Below, piece after piece: positions 58,810-64,000 of a DNA stretch of 64,000 bases. Position numbers and translations under genes: made by a program. Numbering within the stretch: position 1 is the first letter of the stretch; every line of letters begins with the position of its first letter. The stretch is from Planctomycetota bacterium (lineage in GTDB: Bacteria; Planctomycetota; B15-G4; JADJEK01), in assembly GCA_044225365.1 (NCBI GenBank), contig JBGAIQ010000009.1, forward strand, positions 96,462 through 160,461. Direction: 5' to 3'. The notes beneath the pieces are model-generated. The model worked only from the letters and a program-made list of their open reading frames with translations. It was not told the DNA's origin and made no database searches.

Positions 58810-58981
58810 TCTTCTGTGCTCCTGGGATTCTGGTGGGGCTTCCGGGAATCGAGTTTCGTGGCTTGGCGTGAACCGTGAACGACTCGGGGCAGGTTCGCGC
58901 TGGAGAGAGGCTTGACTCGACCGGAGAGTCTACGTCGCCGCAGCTCTTCGGTCAACGTGACGTGGTACGCGCGCAGCTCGC

Positions 58982-60271
58982 GTGGGAAACGCAAGAATTC
59001 CGCATGACGGCGCGGCTCCAACCGCCGATGGCCAACCGCCGATCGCTCCTTATGATGCTCTCCCCCTAACGGAGCCCCGCGTGGACGATCTGCTGCGCTA
59101 TCGCGCCGAATTCCCCATCCTCGAGAAGTGCACCCATTTGATCTCGCATTCGCTCGGCGCGATGCCACGCGGCGTGTTCGATCGCATGCGCGACTACGCC
59201 GAGCTGTGGAACACCCGCGGGATCCGCGCCTGGGAAGAAGGCTGGTGGGACATGCCGCTCGCGGTCGGCGACCTGCTCGCGCCGATCCTCGGCCTCGGAT
59301 CCGACAAGGGTTCGATCGTGATGCATCAGAACGTCTCGGTCGCGATGTCCCTCATCCTCTCGTGCTTCGACATCGGCAAGCCACGGAACAAGATCGTCTA
59401 CTCCGACATGAATTTCCCGTCCGTGATGTACGTGAACGAAGCGCACAAGCGCCTCGGCGCGGAGATCCAGATGGTGAAGTCGGACGACGGCATCGGCGTC
59501 GACCTCGAGAAGCTGCTCGCCGCGATCGACGAACGCACATTGCTCGTGCCGATCTCCCACGTGCTGTTCCGTTCGGCGTTCATCCAGGACGCCGCAGCGA
59601 TCACGAAGCGCGCCCACGAAGTCGGCGCGATGGTCGTGCTCGACTGTTATCAATCGGCCGGCTGCGTCCCGATCGAGCTGAAGAAATGGAACGTCGACTT
59701 CGCCGTCGGCGGCAGCGTGAAGTGGCTCTGCGGCGGGCCGGGCGCGGGCTACCTCTACGTCCGCGAGGATCTGCGCGCGAAGCTCGAGCCGAAGATGACG
59801 GGCTGGGCCGCGCACGAGTCGCCGTTCGCGTTCGAGATCGGGCCGATCCACTACGCCTCGAGCATGCGCAGGTTCCTCCATGGCTCCCCCGCCATCCCGG
59901 CGCTCTACGCCGCGAAGACCGGCTACGAGATCGTCGGCAAGATCGGGATCGAGAAGATCCGTGCCAACTCGATGCGCCAGACCGCGCGCATGATCGCCAA
60001 GGCCGAAGACCTCGGGTTCACGGTGAAGTCCCCGAAGGATCCCGCACGCCGCGGCGGCGCGATCGTCGTCGACGTCCCGCACGGCAAGGCCGTCTGCCGC
60101 GAACTGAATCGCCGCGAGATCCTTTGTGACTACCGTCCGGGCGCTGGGATCCGCATGTCCGCGCACTTCTACAACACCGACGAAGAGATCGACCGCGCGA
60201 TCGCGGAGTGCCGCGCCATCCTCGAGTCGAAGGCTTACGAGAAGTTCCTGGACGCGAAAACCACCTATTGA
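58982..60271 (+). CDS. kynU: Kynureninase (PLP-dependent, aminotransferase class V fold)
   Basis: 429 aa. HLISHSLGAMP, FAVGGSVKWLCGGPGAGYLYV (cf. KynU ...YKYLNGGPGS...), GAGIRMSAHFYNTDEEI. Start uncertain by ~20-30 codons. Confidence 0.75.
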   Translation: MGNARIPHDGAAPTADGQPPIAPYDALPLTEPRVDDLLRYRAEFPILEKCTHLISHSLGAMPRGVFDRMRDYAELWNTRGIRAWEEGWWDMPLAVGDLLAPILGLGSDKGSIVMHQNVSVAMSLILSCFDIGKPRNKIVYSDMNFPSVMYVNEAHKRLGAEIQMVKSDDGIGVDLEKLLAAIDERTLLVPISHVLFRSAFIQDAAAITKRAHEVGAMVVLDCYQSAGCVPIELKKWNVDFAVGGSVKWLCGGPGAGYLYVREDLRAKLEPKMTGWAAHESPFAFEIGPIHYASSMRRFLHGSPAIPALYAAKTGYEIVGKIGIEKIRANSMRQTARMIAKAEDLGFTVKSPKDPARRGGAIVVDVPHGKAVCRELNRREILCDYRPGAGIRMSAHFYNTDEEIDRAIAECRAILESKAYEKFLDAKTTY

Positions 60272-60281
60272 CCGCTCTGTC

Positions 60282-60336
60282 GGACCGCCGGGCTCTGCCC
60301 GGCATCTCGTGAAGGAACGGCGGGCGGATGCCGGCG
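60282..60336. repeat. Partial copy of the palindromic REP-like element, just upstream of Rpn-like copy 1
   Basis: ggaccgccgggctctgcccggcatc matches the left arm of the 54933 element (23/25), with only a degenerate right arm (ggatgccggcg). Confidence 0.35.
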
Positions 60337-60401
60337 TTTCGATCGAGGCAGATCTTCCGTCACCACCTCGCGCGAAACGCGTCTCGACCATGGAGAGAAC
60401 C

Positions 60402-61309
60402 ATGGCGAGCGACGCGACGACCGACCACGATTTCGACGGCTTCTGGAAGGAACTCCTCGATGAGTTCCTGCCGGAGTTCCTCGCGTTCTTCGTGCCGGAT
60501 CTGCTTGGCGTGATCGACCTCTCACAGCCGATCGTCTCGCTCGAGAAGGAACTCCATGAACTGTTCCCCGAGGACCGCTCGGGCCGTGGGTTCGTCGACA
60601 AGCTGTTCAAGGTTGGATTACGCGATGGCGGGTCCGCCCGACTCCTCCTGCACATCGATGCACAAGGCGATCCCGAGGCGAGTTTCCCCGAGCGCATGTT
60701 TCGCTATCGCTATCGCCTGATCGACAAGTACCACCTGCCGATCTACTCCATCGCCGTCCTCGCCGATCGTGATCCGAACTGTTCCGGTTTCGGACGATCA
60801 AGCTGCTCGACTTCGCGGACCGCGTCGCCGAGCTCGAACGCAGCGAGAATCCCGTCGCGCTCTTGGCTCTCGCTCACCTGCGAACGCAGGCGACCCGCCC
60901 CGACCGTCGGCGGTTAGAATGGAAGAAGACGCTCCTTCGACTCGTGGTCGAGCGCGGCTTCCCGCGCCAGCGCATGATCCGAATGCTGCGGCTCGTCGAC
61001 TGGCTGATGACCCTGCCGCCCGACTTGAAACTGGAGTTCCGAAACGCCGTGAAAGAGATCGCCGAGGAGAAGACGATGCCGATCCTGATGGACATTGAGA
61101 TCGAGGCCATGGCCAGGGGTGCTCTGGGCGCGAAGCGGCACGACATCCGGCAGGTCCTTCGTGCACGGTTCGGCGAGTTGCCGCAGCGGATCGATCTCGC
61201 GCTCGAGGCGTGTGTCGAAGTCTCCGTGCTCGATCGCCTCGTCGTCGCCGCGGCCCTCGCGAAGGATCTCGCGGACTTCGAGCGCCAACTCGCGATCAGT
61301 TCGATGTGA
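60402..61309 (+). pseudogene. Rpn/YhgA-like PD-(D/E)XK nuclease / putative transposase with DUF4351-like C-terminus, copy 1 (internal ~47-nt deletion causes a frameshift)
   Basis: MASDATTDHDFDGFWKELLDEFLPEFLAFFVPDLLGVIDL...FVDKLFKVGLRDGGSARLLLHIDAQGD...YHLPIYSIAVLADRDPN then a frame break (ORF track 60126..60917 and 60863..61309). The intact C-terminal part is VLRARFGELPQRIDLALEACVEVSVLDRLVVAAALAKDLADFERQL. Confidence 0.7.
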
Positions 61310-61664
61310 GGCTTCGCCCGAAATTGCAATCAGGGTGACCTGGATGAGAGTCCACGATTGCCCCCGTTGGGAATACGGGCTTGAAGATTGCGCCGATCAC
61401 CCGCGATCCGCGATCCATGAGGCGGCTTCGTGATGGGACACGGGCGGCCGGCGCGCACGCTCGCGGAAACGTCGCCTCCCGAATTCTCGATCCACCTCCA
61501 CGATCGACGCCACACGCCTGCAATTGCGGCAATCGACCGTAGGTGCACGATCATCGGTGATCGGCGCGGTGTGCGGCTTGCACCCTCCGACACGCGCCCT
61601 TTCATTTCTCGATGCCTCTCCTTCACCGCTGCGCCTTTTCTGCGTCACGTCCCTGGAGAAAACC

Positions 61665-62640
61665 ATGGCGAGCGACGCGACGACCGACCACGACTTCGAC
61701 GGCTTCTGGAAGGAACTGCTCGATGAGTTCCTGCCGGAGTTCCTCGCGTTCTTCGTGCCGGATCTGCTCGAACTCATCGATCTCTCGCAGCCAATCGAGT
61801 CGCTCGACAAAGAGCTTCATGAGTTGTTCCCCGAGGACCGCTCGGGCCGTGGGTTCGTGGACAAGCTCTTCAAGGTTGGACTACGCGATGGAGGGTCCGC
61901 ACGACTCCTTCTGCACATCGACGCGCAAGGCGATCCCGAGGCGAGTTTTCCCGAGCGCATGTTTCGCTATCGCTATCGCCTGATCGACAAGTACCACCTG
62001 CCGATCTACTCCATCGCCGTCCTCGCCGATCGCGATCCGAACTGGCGTCCCGATCGTTTCGAGCTGCGCTTCCACGACGATCTCGTTCTCTTCCGGTTTC
62101 GGACGATCAAGCTGCTCGACTTCGCGGACCGCGTCGCCGAGCTCGAACGCAGCGAGAATCCCGTCGCGCTCTTGGCTCTCGCTCACCTGCGAACGCAGGC
62201 GACCCGCCCCGACCGTCGGCGGTTAGAATGGAAGACGGCCTGTTCGTCTCGCAGGGTCGAGCGCGGCTTCCCGCGGCAACGCACGATCCGAATGCTGCGG
62301 CCTGCCGACTGGCTGATGACCCGCCGCCTGACCTGAAACTGGAGTTCCGAAACGCCGGGAAGAGCTCGCTGAGGAGAAGACGATGCCGACCCCGCGACAC
62401 GAGATCGAGGCCATGCCGCAAGGGCGAGGCCAAGGGCAATTGCTTGGCGAGGCCAGGGGTGCTTTGGGCGCGAAGCGGCACGACGATCCGGCAGGTCCTT
62501 CAGGCACGGTTCGGTGAGCGCCGTAGTGATCGATCTCGGTACCGGACTCGTGTGTCGAATCTCGGTGCTCGATCGCCTCGTCGTCGCCGCAGCCCTCGCG
62601 AAGGATCTCGCGGACTTCTGGAGCGCCAACTGTTGATCAC
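61665..62640 (+). pseudogene. Rpn/YhgA-like PD-(D/E)XK nuclease / putative transposase, copy 2 (intact N-terminal/middle, degraded C-terminal third)
   Basis: Identical domain order through ...DRDPNWRPDRFELRFHDDLVLFRFRTIKLLDFADRVAELERSENPVALLALAHLRTQATRPDRRRLEWK, then frameshifts and indels. Fragments of the C-terminal domain recur in other frames up to ~62640. Confidence 0.7.
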
Positions 62641-63049
62641 CTCGATGTGAGGCTTCGCCCATTACGATGTGGCGAGCGCGCGCGCTCTTTGCTTCCAGCT
62701 TCCTGTTTCTACTTTCCATCACCCACGCTTCGATAGACTTCCGCGTCTTCATCGACGGGGTCGAACCGATGCCGGACTCGAATCGCGCAGAGACATTGTT
62801 CCTCGGTTGGCTGAACTGCGTCGACGCCAGTATTGCATGGACATCGAACATGTCGCCGCGCGAATCCCGGAATGCGCCGAAGAACTGCGCCGACTGCACG
62901 CCAACTGGGTTCTCAACAAGGTCCTCGAGCAGCGGCTCGGCGTGCGCAACATCTCGTCGTTCTCCGATAGGTTGCGCGAAGTTCGGCTCCGGCGCCGACC
63001 CGGGCGTTGCGGCTCGACGACGACGCCACGACGACGGAAAGCGCGCTCC

Positions 63050-64000
63050 GCTTCGAGCGACGACTCCAGCTCGCCGAACTCCGCTCGCGCGGCCCCTCGT
63101 CTGGGCGCTACCGCCCTCGAGGGCGAAATCGCGCAAGGCGGCATGGGCATCCGTGACGCACGTGTTCGACAAGGACCTGCGCCACAACCTCGCCGATGAA
63201 GGTGATGCTCCACGAACACGAGGCGAAGCAGGGCAGGCTCTCGCTTCCTCGAAGAAGCGCAGGTCACGGCCAGCTCGATGCCCGGCATCGTTCCGGTGCA
63301 CGAACTCGGCATCGACGAGCACGGCAAGGTCGTCTTCACGATGAAACTGGTGAAGGGGAAGAACTCGCCGACGTGTTCGAGATGACGGTGACCGGTGAAG
63401 AAGGTTGAACGTCACCGGCGCGCTGGATGTGCTCCAGCGGGTCGCAGGCGATGGCCTCGCACGAGAAAAAGGTGATCCACCGCGACATCAAGCCCGCGAA
63501 CATCATGGTCGGCCGGCACGGCGAGTGTACGTCATGGATTGGAAACCGTCGCGAGTCCTCGAAGAAGGACTTGAAGGACGTGCGCCTACGGACCGCGCAA
63601 TCGATCGTCGACACCGAGCGCCGCGAGAAAGGCCGGCGATGCGCCGGACTCGCCGCTGCTCACGTGGACGGCGACGCGGTCGGCACGCCGTCCTACATGC
63701 CGCTCGAGCAGGCCGAAGGCGATCTCGATTCGATCGGGCCGCAGTCGGACGTGTATGCGGTCGTGCGATGCTCTACCACCTGCTCGCGGGCATTCCGCCC
63801 TACGTCGAGCCGGGGACGTCGCCGAGCGGCGCGGATCCTCGATCGAGTGAAGCGAGCGCCGCCCGCCGCGATCCGCTCGCTGGCGAAGTCCGCGCCCATC
63901 GAGCTGATCATGATCTGCAGGAAGGCAATGGGCAGGAAAGCCGGAGAGCCTACGCCTCGATGGTCGATCTCGGCGACGACCTGCGTGCCTACCTCGAGCG
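63050..64000 (+). pseudogene. Multiply frameshifted Ser/Thr protein kinase gene remnant (continues beyond window end)
   Basis: Kinase subdomains appear in three frames. Frame a (~63113): LEGEIAQGGMG (G-loop). Frame b (~63200-63400): FLEEAQVTASLDHPGIVPVHELGIDEHGKVVFTMKLVKG.ELADVFEM. Frame c (~63460+): KVIHRDIKPANIMVGRHGE, GTPSYMPLEQAEGDLDSIGPQSDVYA, LYHLLAGIPPY, DDLRAYLE. Confidence 0.7.

Larger units (their letters stand above)
60385..62660 (+). repeat. Tandem direct duplication (~1.26 kb unit, ~93% nt identity over the shared N-terminal region) carrying two Rpn/YhgA-like nuclease gene copies
   Basis: Copy 1 ~60385-61322 and copy 2 ~61645-62660, separated by ~320 nt of unique sequence. ATG-to-ATG spacing is 1263 nt. 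Differences are mostly synonymous third-position changes plus indels. Confidence 0.8.

Noticed and set aside
60385-62660. Direct repeats considered as a CRISPR array or IS inverted repeats
   Set aside because: - The repeat unit is ~1.26 kb and protein-coding (duplicated Rpn-like gene), not 25-50-bp repeats with spacers.
- No cas genes are present.
- No terminal inverted repeats or target-site duplications were seen.

Overview
High-GC (~70%) bacterial chromosomal window; gene content is most consistent with a Planctomycetota/Myxococcota-like lineage, but this cannot be settled from sequence alone. Coding density is high, and most real genes sit on the minus strand. The many long plus-strand ORFs in the track are R/A/G-rich antisense artefacts of the GC bias.

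Main content, left to right:
- Left end: a Sec-signal RHS/YD-repeat polymorphic toxin (953-4978, minus) whose C-terminal ~290 aa lie in a sharp GC dip (~52-58%) and carry an HEMVH zinc-peptidase motif. A secreted-protein gene follows it immediately; it runs off the window edge.
- A STAND-type Ser/Thr kinase (kinase + AAA + TPR), divergent from cysS.
- A LytS/LytTR-type two-component pair with an upstream secreted TPR-DJ-1/PfpI fusion.
- A standalone CBS-pair gene with an intrinsic terminator.
- The nusA-infB-DUF503-rbfA operon, with no rimP upstream.
- thiS-thiG, translationally coupled to a PP-loop (LarE/TtuA-like, CxxC...C) sulfur-insertase gene.
- A ~30 kb co-directional minus-strand run (about 24.5-54.6 kb): HEAT/REC-like protein, DJ-1, lipoprotein, eno and an FtsB-like gene, followed by MoxR, DUF58, a BatA-like vWA protein and a second vWA protein. 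This is a Bat-type operon. It is greatly expanded by two giant PQQ/beta-propeller proteins, a ClC chloride channel with CBS domains, a 778-aa membrane protein, a 928-aa coiled-coil protein, a K/E/Q-rich secreted protein, and two paralogous QW-motif (squalene-cyclase/prenyltransferase-fold) secreted proteins that share a C-terminal YLPI(F/L)Q(K/R) motif. A thioredoxin-fold protein lacking CxxC ends the run.
- Right end: Cu/Zn SOD, a beta-CASP MBL hydrolase, a PQQ soluble sugar dehydrogenase and kynureninase.
- A decaying segment from 60.3 kb to the window end (60.3-64.0 kb): two tandem, independently disrupted copies of an Rpn/YhgA-like PD-(D/E)XK nuclease/putative transposase gene with a DUF4351-like C-terminus, then a multiply frameshifted Ser/Thr kinase pseudogene.
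- A long palindromic REP-like element occurs once complete (54.93 kb) and once partial (60.28 kb).

No rRNA, tRNA or CRISPR array was detected. Starts were derived by codon counting from the ORF-track ends and are approximate (+/- a few codons).
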